Assembly (NCBI GenBank): GCA_046292385.1
Contig: JBKBRF010000013.1
Coordinates: forward strand, 80,663 to 144,662
Direction of reading: 5' to 3'
Length of the DNA: 64,000 bases
DNA from: Armatimonadota bacterium
Lineage (GTDB): Bacteria > Armatimonadota > SYMT01
In this document: positions 8,399 through 17,896 of the stretch, one piece after another
How positions within the stretch are numbered: position 1 is the stretch's first letter
Layout of the letters: every line of letters starts with the position of its first letter
Made by a program: the position numbers and the translations under genes
Notes under the pieces: generated by a model
The model's input: only the letters and a program-made list of their open reading frames with translations
What the model was told of the DNA's origin: nothing
Databases searched by the model: none

Positions 8399-11095
8399 AT
8401 GCTGCGCCCCCTGCTCCCCGCCCTCCTCGCCACGGCTGCCCTGACCGCGCTCTCTCCCGGCCCCGCCGCGCCGACCGCGACCTCCGAACCCATCACGCTG
8501 TTCCAGACGAACGGGGCTTACGATCCGCGCCTCGACCTGAAGACCGACCTCGTGGCGATCCACGCCCACGGCGCTGCGCCGGAGGCCGTCGCCCGCGCGA
8601 TCGAATCGTGGAAGGGCGCCGGGTATCGGGTCCACCGGATGTTCTTCATCGGCTCGGACGCCCGCGGCCGCTACACCCGCGGCGAGCTCGACGGCCGGCC
8701 GCACCTCGACGAGACGGAGACCGATGCGGAAGGCCGCGTCCTCGCCATCGGAAGCCGGCCGTACATGGTCCCCACCGCGGGGTGGCTCGCCTACCTGAAG
8801 GAGGAGATCCGCCGCTCGATCGACGCCGGCGCCGACGGGATCTGGCCGGAGGAGCCGCTGATGCACGCGGCGAGCGGCTACTCCGAGGCGTTCAAGGCGG
8901 CGTGGGGGCAGGCGTACGACACACCCTGGGAGCCTCCCCACGGGTCACCGTCCGCCTACTTCCGCGCCTCGCGATTGAAAGCGGACCTCTACCTGAACGC
9001 GGTGCAGGAGCTGCTGCAGGCGACCCGGGAGCACGCCCGGCGGAAGGGCCGGCCGGTGAAGTTCCTGCTGCCGGTCCACTCCCCCATCAGCTACGCGAGC
9101 TGGAACCTGATTTTTCCCCACGCGGCGGCCTCGAAGCTCCCGCTGGACGGCGTCATCGCGCAGGTCTGGACCGGCCCGGCGCGCTCGCCCGTCACCTACG
9201 AGGGCAGCTCCGGTCCGCAATTCTTCGAGAGCAGCTGGATGATGTACAGCTACTTCGCCACGCTGATGGAGAAGACCGGCAAGCCGCTCTACTTCCTGGC
9301 CGATCCGGTGGAAGACGACCTGAGCTACGGCTGGCCGGACTACGAGAAGTGGTACGAGTCGGTCCTCGCCGCGTCGCTGATGTTCCCGCAGGCGACCGGC
9401 TACGAGGTGATGCCCTGGCCGGAGCGGATCTACCTGCCGGGACGCACCACCGGCGGCGGCACCCCGGCGCCGACCGCGTACCGCACGGAGCTTTCCAACG
9501 TGATCGCCGCGCTGCAGGAGCTGCCCGCCGCGGGGCGGGCGCGCTGGGAAGGCGGGACGCGCGGGATCGGAGTGGTCACGCTCGACACCCTCATGTGGCA
9601 GCGCGGCGGGCCGCAGGGCAGCTCCATGCGCTCGCTGCACGGGCTGGTGCTCCCGCTCCTGAAGCGAGGGGTACCGGTCGAAATCGTCCCCGGCGAGCGC
9701 GCGGCGGATCCGGGCTTCCTCTCCCGGTTCAAGGTACTGCTCGTCTCCTACGACATGCAGAAGCCGCTCGCACCGGAGGTGAACGAGGCGCTTGCGCGGT
9801 GGGCACGCGCCGGCGGGAGCCTGGTGGTCCTCGGCGGCGAGGATGCCTACAACGGGGTCGACGGCTTCTGGCGCGAGCGCGGCTTCCCCGGCCCGACCGA
9901 GCACCTGCTCTCCGAGTGCGGCGCGCGGGTCGACCTGGCGCAGCGCTCCGCAGCCAACGCCCAGGGCCGGTTCCAGCCGGTGCTCCGTGCCGACGGCCCG
10001 CACCGCGACCTGAAGAACCGGCGCTTCTACACGGTCGACCTCTCCCCCCACCGCGGAAAGAGCGGCGCGGCGCTGGTGCGCCTCTCGGACCTCTACCCGC
10101 AGGACGGCTGGGGCGCCTGGATCGGACGGGTGCGGCTGCTGGATGGCAGCCGCGTGGCGGCGGAGTTCCAGGCCGGCACGCCGGAGGAGCGGCCGTTCGT
10201 AGCGCTCGACTCCGGCTCCACCGCCGCCGCGACCCACCGCTTCACCGACCGGGACGCGGAGGTGGTCTATCGCTTCGAGAAGCTGGGACCCGGCGCGCGG
10301 CTGGAGCTGGAGCTCGGCAACCAGTTTCTCGTGAGCGTCGCGCCCGCCGAGTCGCTGCCGACACTGGAGCCCGCCCGGAAGCCGCTCCCCTCCCTCACCG
10401 TCCCGGTCACCTACCCGCTGGTGCGGTTCCCGGCCACCGGCGCGAAGCCGCTCTACCACGGAAGCAAGAGCGAGCTGCCGGCTTGGACCTCGCCGGTCGG
10501 CAAGGGCAGCCTGCTCTACTGCGGTCTCCCCGCGGCGTTCATGGCGGACAGCGCGGACGGTGCGACTCTCCTCCGCGCCCTGACGCGGCTGGCCTGCGAG
10601 GAAGCCGGGCTGAAGTACGCCGAAGGCCCGCTCGTCACCCGGCGCGGCCCCTACGTCATCGCGCACGCGCAGGGGCGGCCGGTCCGGCTCCGCGGCCGTT
10701 ACCTCGACCTCTTCGACGCGGAGCTGAAGCTCCTGGAGAATCCGCTCCTGCCGCCGGACGAGCCGGTACTGCTGAAAGCGGTCCGCAGCAGCGGCAAGCT
10801 CCCCGCGCTGCTCCACGCCAGCCGGAAAACGCGAGTGGTCGAACGCACCGCCACCGCCCTGCGCCTGACCGCCTCCGGCCCCGAGGGCACGACGGGCGTC
10901 GTCCGCGTCGACCCCGCCGGAAGGCAGCTCCACTCCGCCCAGGCCACCAACCCCCAGGGCCGCCGCGTACCGGTGGAGGCCCTGGAAGAGAGCGGAACGG
11001 TGCTGGTGCGCTACCCCCTTTCGCCGCAGGAGCTGGCGATTACGCTGCGCTGGCAGTCCCGAACTGAGAAAGAGAAAGAGAAGGAGAACGAGTAA
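8399..11095 (+). CDS. Large secreted hypothetical protein, probable glycoside-hydrolase-like (TIM barrel plus GH42-trimerisation/GATase-like domain)
   Basis: True start is probably ATG 8399 (signal peptide MLRPLLPALLATAAL), inside ORF 7592-11095. Carries GADGIWPEEP and FKVLLVSY...LARWARAGGSLVVLGG, typical of GH42-type GATase-like domains. Confidence 0.6.
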   Translation: MLRPLLPALLATAALTALSPGPAAPTATSEPITLFQTNGAYDPRLDLKTDLVAIHAHGAAPEAVARAIESWKGAGYRVHRMFFIGSDARGRYTRGELDGRPHLDETETDAEGRVLAIGSRPYMVPTAGWLAYLKEEIRRSIDAGADGIWPEEPLMHAASGYSEAFKAAWGQAYDTPWEPPHGSPSAYFRASRLKADLYLNAVQELLQATREHARRKGRPVKFLLPVHSPISYASWNLIFPHAAASKLPLDGVIAQVWTGPARSPVTYEGSSGPQFFESSWMMYSYFATLMEKTGKPLYFLADPVEDDLSYGWPDYEKWYESVLAASLMFPQATGYEVMPWPERIYLPGRTTGGGTPAPTAYRTELSNVIAALQELPAAGRARWEGGTRGIGVVTLDTLMWQRGGPQGSSMRSLHGLVLPLLKRGVPVEIVPGERAADPGFLSRFKVLLVSYDMQKPLAPEVNEALARWARAGGSLVVLGGEDAYNGVDGFWRERGFPGPTEHLLSECGARVDLAQRSAANAQGRFQPVLRADGPHRDLKNRRFYTVDLSPHRGKSGAALVRLSDLYPQDGWGAWIGRVRLLDGSRVAAEFQAGTPEERPFVALDSGSTAAATHRFTDRDAEVVYRFEKLGPGARLELELGNQFLVSVAPAESLPTLEPARKPLPSLTVPVTYPLVRFPATGAKPLYHGSKSELPAWTSPVGKGSLLYCGLPAAFMADSADGATLLRALTRLACEEAGLKYAEGPLVTRRGPYVIAHAQGRPVRLRGRYLDLFDAELKLLENPLLPPDEPVLLKAVRSSGKLPALLHASRKTRVVERTATALRLTASGPEGTTGVVRVDPAGRQLHSAQATNPQGRRVPVEALEESGTVLVRYPLSPQELAITLRWQSRTEKEKEKENE

Positions 11096-11108
11096 GAGCT
11101 AAGTTCGG
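11059..11108. repeat. GAGAAN hexamer tract flanked by a CCGAACT/AGTTCGG inverted repeat
   Basis: ccgaactGAGAAAGAGAAAGAGAAGGAGAACGAGTAAGAGctaagttcgg, which encodes the EKEKEKENE tail of the upstream CDS. Confidence 0.65.
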
Positions 11109-11135
11109 TTGGCTGCCCATCCCCCTCATCCCCAC

Positions 11136-14100
11136 CTACTTCCCCTGCAGCGTCACCTTCGCTTCTCCGGTGGCGATCCGGACCGTCGGCACGTACATGT
11201 CGCTCGCTACCGCCGGGAGGGCGCGGAAGGTGCCGGCGGTCTCCGGGCGGACGTAGTACTCCAGCACGTGCGTGCCCTTCTCGACCGTGCGCATGAAGAA
11301 GCTCACGCGGTCGTCTCGCACGTCCTGGTGCGCCCACCAGTTGTCCCACGGGCCGACCTCCACGTCGCCGCGGTCCTGGACCTCCCACCCGGTGGGGCGG
11401 AAGTCTTCCAGCATCATGAACTCCAGCGGCCGGTCGGTCTTGAGCGTCAGGCGGACCAGGACGCGGTCGCCCACCTGGAAGCGGTCGGCCGGACGCGCAG
11501 CGGGGAGCACCTGCGGGCGGCCGTGGGCGTCGGCCCGCGTCTCCAGGCGGAAGTACTCGCGGGTCAGGGAGACCCCCGGCAGCGTGCTTTCTGCCTGGAA
11601 GCCCACCGCGGGGACCTGCTGCGTCACCTGCACCGTGTAGTAGACCGTTCCCTTTCCGGTCTTCTTCAGCTCCAGCCGGCTTCCGCCTCGCAGCCCCTTC
11701 AGCTCCACCACCGGCAGCCGGACCACCGTCTCGTCCCGCAGCGCGTCCTCGGGCGTGGCATCCTCCGCGTGGAGCTTCTTCCCGTTCAGGTAGACGTCGA
11801 GGTGGTAGTCCGGCCTCAGCTCGCCGGTCTGCTTCAGGTAGTCGGTCAGCGCGAAGAGGATCCAGGCGGTGTCCCGGGTGGAGACCCACCGGTTCCCCTG
11901 CCGCTGCAGCATGAGCCACTGCACCACACCCGGGATGCGGCGGTCGGCCGGGTCGACCGCCACCGCCGCCTTCAGCGCCACGGCGGTCGTCTCCACGCGC
12001 TGCGGGGTGCCGTACCGGTGCTCGCCGGAGGTCCCGTCGCTCCAGAACGCGAGGCCGCCGGAGCGCGTGGAGGCTTCCCACAGGTACTCCATCGCCGCCT
12101 TCGCCCGCTCGCGCTCGCCCAGCTCGTGCCAGCCGAGGACGCGGTAGCCGAGGGAGCGCAGCAGCAGCCGCTCGCGGCGGTCGCCCTGCTCCACGCGCTG
12201 CAGCAGGGTCCGCGCTTCCTTTTTCTTCCCGGCCTGGGCCAGGACGTACGCCATGAACATCTGGTCGTCCGGGCTCACCTTCGGGTTCTCCACCTCCTGC
12301 GCGAGCGCGTTGAGACCGTTCTCGTAGATCGCGTCGTTCAGCTCCAGCCCGGCGCGGCGGGCCTGGGTCATGCCGAAGAGCACGTAGGCGGTCATCCATG
12401 GATCGAGAGCGTCGTGGTCGAACCAGCCCCAGCCGCCCGCCGGCTGCTGGAAGCCGTAGAGCTTGAGCAGGCCGGAGCGCGCCATCTCCGGCACCCGCAG
12501 CTCCAGCTCGGGTCGCCGCAGATTCAGCTCCTTCAGCGCCTGCAGCAGCACCACGTCCGGCAGGAAGCCGCTCATCGTCTGCTCCGTGCAGCCGTACGGG
12601 TAGGTGGCGAGGTATTCCAGCGACCCGAGCAGCGCGCCCGCCAGGGTGGGCGAGAGGCGCACTTCGACTTCTCCGCCGACCGCTCCGGGCTCCACCTCGA
12701 ACTGCTCGACGACCGACTCGCCGGTGAGGGCGCCGGTGCGGTGATCCACGCTCTCCCGCGCGAACGGCTGCACCGGCGCGGTGATCTCCACGCCGTCCGA
12801 GAAGCCGCCTCCGGAAACCGTGGCGGTGACCTTCGCCGTGCCGCCCGTGCCGGCCACCGCGTCCCACGAGAGCGGCACCGCCTCACCCGGCTTCAGCCGG
12901 AGCTGGCGGCGGCTGTCTCCATTCACCGCGACACCTTCGGCGCGCAGATCCGCGGTCGCGTTCAGCTCGCGGTCGGAGTAGTTGTGCGCGACCGCGGTCA
13001 GCGTGAAGCGGTCCCCCTCCGTGAGGACGCGCGGGAGCTGGACCCGCAGCGTCAGCTCCTTCATCACCCGGATGTTGTGCCGCGCCTCGCCGACCTCCGT
13101 CTTCGCGGTGTGGCCGACCACGCTCGCGCGCCAGCTCGTCAGCGAATCGGGAAGGCGGATCTCGACCGTCGCGCGGCCGCCGGCGTCGGTGCGGAGCAGC
13201 GGGAGCCACTCCGCGGTGTCAGGGAACTCCTTCCGCACCTGCACGTCGGCGTCTTTGCTGGCGTCGCCCAGGTAGACGTCCGGGTAGGAGAACTGGGTCT
13301 CCACTTCGTTGCGACGGCGGGGGTAGAACGCCTCCCAGAGGCGGTCTTCCGGCTCCGCGCGGATCGCGTAGACCGACTCGTCGACCAGCCCGAACGAGAC
13401 CTCCGCCGGCACCGGACGGCCACTCGCGTCGCGCGTGGTGACGGTGAACCGCGCGGTGTCCCGCGGGTGGTAGACCTCGCGATCGCTCTCCACCGCCACC
13501 TGGAGGCGATGGCTGGAGGCGTCGATGTTCAGGCGGGCGCTGCTCTGTGCGAGCTCGCCGCGCCGGACGAAGCAGGCGCTGACGTAGACGTTTGGCTCGT
13601 AACCCTCGCGGATCGGGAAGCGGACCACCGTCGACTTCCGCTCCAGCTTCACCGTGCGGTACTCCAGCACGTCCTCCGCCTCGATCGCCACGAGCGCCGT
13701 GGAGCCCGGCCGGTCGGTGTTCAGCAGCACCTGGGCCGTCTGCCCGGCCCGGTACTGCTTGCGGTCCGGCAGCACCGCCAGGGTCGGGTAAGTGCGCTGC
13801 AGGTCGCCGCCCTCTTCCGTGCTCACCCAGAGGTCGGCGGTCGTCTCCACCCGGTTGCCGCGCGAGTCGGCGCCGCGAAAGCGCACCATCACCAGTCCCG
13901 GCTCCGGCAGGCGCACGGAGAGCCGGGCCATGCCGTCCGCGCCGGTGCGCAGCTCCTGCGTCAACAGCTCGCGCTCGGTCGACTTCGCGCCGTCCCACTG
14001 CTCCAGCACGGCGCTGGCGGTGATCGGCAGGTTCGCGACCGGGCGGTCTTCCATGTCGAGGACCCGCACCTGGACCGGGACCTGCTCGCCCGGCTGGCCG

Positions 14101-15821
14101 AACGAGCGCTCCGCCCGCGCGTCGAGCCGCACCGCGCCGGGACTCACCCGGACACTGCCGTTTCCATCCGCGTAGCGATTGCTCGCGTCGGAGACGCCGA
14201 CTTCGACGTTGTACTGGTACTCCGCCGAGGCATCCTGGTCCGCCGGCAGGGTGGTGTCGAACTCGAAGCGGGCGGTGCCGTCGGCATCGGTGCGCAGCGT
14301 CCCTTCCGTAACGAGATCGCCGTAGGTGTCGGCGTAGCCGTCCTCTTCCTCGGCGCCGGCTTCCTCACCGTCCCACCAGCTCCAGCGGCGGGCGCGGTAG
14401 ACGCTGTAGTTGACCTCCGCGTAGCCGACCGGCGCGCCGTAGTAGTACGACGCCTTCACGCTGACGGGGACCCGGTCGCCGCGGATGTAGTGGTCGCGCG
14501 GGAAGGTGACGTCGACCTGCCACTCCGGCTTGCGGTACGACGCCACCGCGAACCCGTCCGAGTAGACCTCCTCGCCCAGGCTCACGTTGAGCGTGTACCA
14601 GCCGCCGGCCGCCGCGGCGGGAAGCTGGAACGCGCCGGCGAACGAGCCGCTCTCGCCGAGGGGCACGTCGCCCTCCCAGATGGAGGTGCCCTGCCAGTCG
14701 GTCACGCCCACGCCGACCGTCTGCGAGGACGGCAGCGCGTACGTGGAGCCGCTCGGGCGGCGGACGATGCCCTTGAACTGAACCCGGTGCCCGGGGCGGT
14801 AGACGGGGCGGTCGGTGTAGGTGAGCACCCGGTGGGTGAGCGTCTCCTGGCCGCCGGTCCACGACTGCGTGAAAGCGAGCGAGTCGCCGCGGCGCGCGAC
14901 CACGTCGACCCGGCCGTTCGCGTTGATCGGGAAGTCGGCGAGCCCCCGCGCGTCGGTCTGCCGCCCGCCCAGGCGCGCGCTCTCCCCGATCAGGCTCACC
15001 TCGGCGCCGGGTACGGGGCTGCCGGTGCGGAGGTCGACCGCGTAGGTGAGCACCCGGCCGGGGCGCGACTTCGTGACCAGCGCGAGGTCGGTCACCATCA
15101 TCCAGCCGAGCGCCGCCTGCCGCTCCCCTTCCGCCTCCACCAGGTAGATCCCCGGGGAGAGCCGCTCCAGCCGCTCGTCCTCATAGAAGACCCCCTCCGC
15201 GTCCCGCTGCCGCACGGCGTGCACCCACTCCCGCACCCGGCGCACGTGCGGCCCCTTCAGGATCGGGAAGGAGCGCGGCTGCGCGGTGGCCGCGACCGGG
15301 CTCAGGAGCGCGCGGAGGTCCGAGCCGTGCTCCCGCACCAGCAGCGCGGTATCGACGGCGTAGAGGCGCATCGGGATGCGGTCGCCCTGGCGGAAGCCGT
15401 GCAGCGACACCTTGAGCCGTTCTTCCGGCAGGCAGGCGCGCTGGTGGATGTTCAGATTCAGGAACGGCGCCGCCGGCTTTAGCTTCAGCTCCGCTTGCGC
15501 GACCTTCCCCTCCGCCACGCTCACCTTCAGCGGCACGTTCTCGTGCACCTGGGCGTGCGTCTCGATCTCGTAGTCGCCCGTCGGGATCCGCGCCAGCTCG
15601 AAGGTGCCGTCGGACTTCGTGTCGAGGTACCGCGAGTCAGCGCCGTCCTTCGGAGTCTTCGGCCGGACCACCAGACCCAGCCCGCCGAGCGGCTGGCCAG
15701 TGTCGGTCGTGATACGGCCCCGCAGCGCGCCGACCGGCTGCTCCTCCGAAAAGGCGTAGGCATAGAGCCCGACGGCCGAGAGCAGCGTCAGAACCACGAC
15801 GAGAGAAGATCGGGAAAACAT
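11136..15821 (-). CDS. Bacterial alpha-2-macroglobulin family protein (N-terminal carboxypeptidase-regulatory-like domain, MG2, A2M domains)
   Basis: TDRPVYRPG, VRKEFPDTAEW, LPDSLTSWR, intact thioester motif YPYGCTEQ, WVSTRDTA, MYVP. Start assigned to ATG 15821 (signal peptide). Confidence 0.92.
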   Translation of the reverse strand: MFSRSSLVVVLTLLSAVGLYAYAFSEEQPVGALRGRITTDTGQPLGGLGLVVRPKTPKDGADSRYLDTKSDGTFELARIPTGDYEIETHAQVHENVPLKVSVAEGKVAQAELKLKPAAPFLNLNIHQRACLPEERLKVSLHGFRQGDRIPMRLYAVDTALLVREHGSDLRALLSPVAATAQPRSFPILKGPHVRRVREWVHAVRQRDAEGVFYEDERLERLSPGIYLVEAEGERQAALGWMMVTDLALVTKSRPGRVLTYAVDLRTGSPVPGAEVSLIGESARLGGRQTDARGLADFPINANGRVDVVARRGDSLAFTQSWTGGQETLTHRVLTYTDRPVYRPGHRVQFKGIVRRPSGSTYALPSSQTVGVGVTDWQGTSIWEGDVPLGESGSFAGAFQLPAAAAGGWYTLNVSLGEEVYSDGFAVASYRKPEWQVDVTFPRDHYIRGDRVPVSVKASYYYGAPVGYAEVNYSVYRARRWSWWDGEEAGAEEEDGYADTYGDLVTEGTLRTDADGTARFEFDTTLPADQDASAEYQYNVEVGVSDASNRYADGNGSVRVSPGAVRLDARAERSFGQPGEQVPVQVRVLDMEDRPVANLPITASAVLEQWDGAKSTERELLTQELRTGADGMARLSVRLPEPGLVMVRFRGADSRGNRVETTADLWVSTEEGGDLQRTYPTLAVLPDRKQYRAGQTAQVLLNTDRPGSTALVAIEAEDVLEYRTVKLERKSTVVRFPIREGYEPNVYVSACFVRRGELAQSSARLNIDASSHRLQVAVESDREVYHPRDTARFTVTTRDASGRPVPAEVSFGLVDESVYAIRAEPEDRLWEAFYPRRRNEVETQFSYPDVYLGDASKDADVQVRKEFPDTAEWLPLLRTDAGGRATVEIRLPDSLTSWRASVVGHTAKTEVGEARHNIRVMKELTLRVQLPRVLTEGDRFTLTAVAHNYSDRELNATADLRAEGVAVNGDSRRQLRLKPGEAVPLSWDAVAGTGGTAKVTATVSGGGFSDGVEITAPVQPFARESVDHRTGALTGESVVEQFEVEPGAVGGEVEVRLSPTLAGALLGSLEYLATYPYGCTEQTMSGFLPDVVLLQALKELNLRRPELELRVPEMARSGLLKLYGFQQPAGGWGWFDHDALDPWMTAYVLFGMTQARRAGLELNDAIYENGLNALAQEVENPKVSPDDQMFMAYVLAQAGKKKEARTLLQRVEQGDRRERLLLRSLGYRVLGWHELGERERAKAAMEYLWEASTRSGGLAFWSDGTSGEHRYGTPQRVETTAVALKAAVAVDPADRRIPGVVQWLMLQRQGNRWVSTRDTAWILFALTDYLKQTGELRPDYHLDVYLNGKKLHAEDATPEDALRDETVVRLPVVELKGLRGGSRLELKKTGKGTVYYTVQVTQQVPAVGFQAESTLPGVSLTREYFRLETRADAHGRPQVLPAARPADRFQVGDRVLVRLTLKTDRPLEFMMLEDFRPTGWEVQDRGDVEVGPWDNWWAHQDVRDDRVSFFMRTVEKGTHVLEYYVRPETAGTFRALPAVASDMYVPTVRIATGEAKVTLQGK

Positions 15822-15958
15822 CGGGGCACTCCGGAGCGGACCTGGGAGACGGCGACGGGCACGGAGCCCTGTATAAGTCTCTCCGGAATCATGGTGCCGC
15901 GCCACCCCCGGGAGTTCATCGAAGGCGGTACTCCCGGAGCTCTCAGTCTCAACCGAAT

Positions 15959-17254
15959 TCAGAGCTCCGCAGGCCTGGCGAGGAGCTCCAGGAAGCGGCT
16001 CCGGCTCAGCGCCAGCGTCAGGTCGAGCGTACGGGAATCCGGCGGGAGATTGAGGAAGAAGTCGCACTGCATCCCGCCAAGCTGCTGCCGGGCGCTGCTG
16101 CTGGTCCCGTAGCCGGCGAAGGTCCGCCCGTGCTCGTCGGTAGCGCGCAGCGTCAGGCGGTACCCCTTCCGTGGGTTGCGGACCTGCACTCGCACGCGCG
16201 GCTTGAGCCAGGCGTTATCCGGCCCGGTCAGCTCCTGGATCTGGATCTGTGTGCCCAGGAGCCGGGTGGTCGCGGTGGAGGAGATCACCTCGTTTCTCGC
16301 CGGGACTCTCAGACCCTGAACCGTCCACGTCTCCTGGGGAGCGAAGCGGGCGCGGGCGGTCCGGCAAAGCTCCACCCGCAGCTTCCAGGCGCTCTCGCGC
16401 GGCGACAGCGCCGCCGCAAACTGCAGCTCCTGCGCCTTGCCCCGGCGCACAATGAACCCGTCCCACGGGCTCAGGACGTTCCCGGTGGCGTCACTGACGG
16501 TGATTCCCACCGGCTGCCACTCGACGGTCGGCTTCCCCTCCTGCTCGAACCGGAACGTGGCTCGCGTGTAGGGGGACTCACCGGGCGCCGCGCGCGCGTC
16601 GAGCTGACGGTGCCCGAAACCGGTGACCAGCTTCTCCAGGATACAGGTGAGATCTCCGGCGTTCTTCCGGATCGGGTACGGCTCGGCCGTCCAGACCGGG
16701 TGCGGACCCGGCGTGGGATTGTCGACCGCGAACTCCGCCGCCGGCTCGGAGGATCCGGGACGGAAGTACTGGACCCGCACGATACGGCCACGGCGCGGAA
16801 ACGCATCCAGCCAGACCGTCAGCCACCGGTTCTGCCCCGGTATCGCAGCGGGCCACGAGCGGTGGAGAGGGCCGATGCGATCGCCATGCTCGTCCACCGC
16901 CTGGGCGGTCAGCGCCACGCCCAGCTCCCAGGGGTGGAACCCTCCGGGGACCACGGCGAGACCGCGGCCCCCCGTCCCGTCGGCTGCCGTGAACCAGAGG
17001 GCCATACCGTTCGCGCTGTGCTGCCGGTCGCGCGGCAGTAGGAGCTGGCGCGCCGGGGTCCACCACTTCCACCCGTCGCTAACGGTGAGCCAGTGCTTCT
17101 GATACGTAGACCCCTCCAGGGTGAGCACCGTCCCATCCGGAAAGCGCTGGGCCTGGCGCCACGGCCGGAAGATCAGGAGCCAAACTCCCCCCACGAGGAG
17201 CAATGCCACCAGTGCCGCGGCCCCGGCGGCGATCAGACGTCCTCGCTGGCGCAT
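15959..17254 (-). CDS. Hypothetical N-terminally anchored protein
   Basis: MRQRGRLIAAGAAALVALLLVGGVWLLIF TM segment with GGAG RBS. Internal repeated motifs AVDEHG / VSDATGN / ATDEHGR suggest repeated beta-sandwich modules. Confidence 0.65.
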   Translation of the reverse strand: MRQRGRLIAAGAAALVALLLVGGVWLLIFRPWRQAQRFPDGTVLTLEGSTYQKHWLTVSDGWKWWTPARQLLLPRDRQHSANGMALWFTAADGTGGRGLAVVPGGFHPWELGVALTAQAVDEHGDRIGPLHRSWPAAIPGQNRWLTVWLDAFPRRGRIVRVQYFRPGSSEPAAEFAVDNPTPGPHPVWTAEPYPIRKNAGDLTCILEKLVTGFGHRQLDARAAPGESPYTRATFRFEQEGKPTVEWQPVGITVSDATGNVLSPWDGFIVRRGKAQELQFAAALSPRESAWKLRVELCRTARARFAPQETWTVQGLRVPARNEVISSTATTRLLGTQIQIQELTGPDNAWLKPRVRVQVRNPRKGYRLTLRATDEHGRTFAGYGTSSSARQQLGGMQCDFFLNLPPDSRTLDLTLALSRSRFLELLARPAEL

Positions 17255-17508
17255 CTCCGTTCCTCCCACCCTGCCGGCACGCTGCCTACCCGCTGCGGCA
17301 TCCCCATCGCAGCAGAAATCGACCGGACTGTTTCCTGCAAAGCCCCTTCTATTAAAGACCGCCGGAGGGCCTATCAGTTGCGGGCAGAGGCGGGTGCGCT
17401 GCTGATTTCGAGCAGCGGCCGCAAGGCGGCGAGGCAGGAGCGTCTCCCGATCTGGTGCACCCGCCCGCCAGGTAACGAGGGTCCTACGTCCTCGCAGGCC
17501 GAAGGCCT

Positions 17509-17647
17509 TGGAGTGCGGAAGCTTGCTCCCGCTTTCGCCGCCGGCTGCGATCACGGCGCGTCGAAACCTGCGGCAGCTTGCTGTCGCCCGAGAGCAGACT
17601 ACGGGAACGGCCGGCACCCCAAAGCGACAGCGAGCTGCCGCACTCCA
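17509..17647. repeat. REP/REPIN-like element (TGGAGTGCGG...CCGCACTCCA)
   Basis: 27-bp inverted arms at 17509-17535 and 17621-17647 match at 23/27. A partial third unit lies at ~17569-17587 and another copy at 63069-63095. Confidence 0.75.
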
Positions 17648-17896
17648 CAGTCCGGCCCGAAAGCTGGTCCTGCCTCACCCCAGGGCGTAAATCCGGTCCG
17701 CAGCTCTCCGCCCGAGCCTGCGTTCAGAGCCACGCTGCCCGGCGAGTGAATCGCACCCGGGCCGAGGCGTCTGCGGGTCTCCGCGCCGCCGTTTCAACGA
17801 AGAAGATGGCAACGAGCTGCCAAAACGCAGCCGGCCCGCGAAGGCGTGCTTCGCGGGCCGGGGAGCTTAACTTCCGAGCGGGAGGTCTGCCCGACG

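Noticed and set aside
11109..15482. Very long antisense ORFs (also 19218-23108 +, 49308-53189 +, 42998-45664 -, 24646-26640 -, 808-2070 +)
   Set aside because: These are shadow ORFs opposite motif-supported genes. They are expected at high GC3 and their translations have no recognisable motifs.
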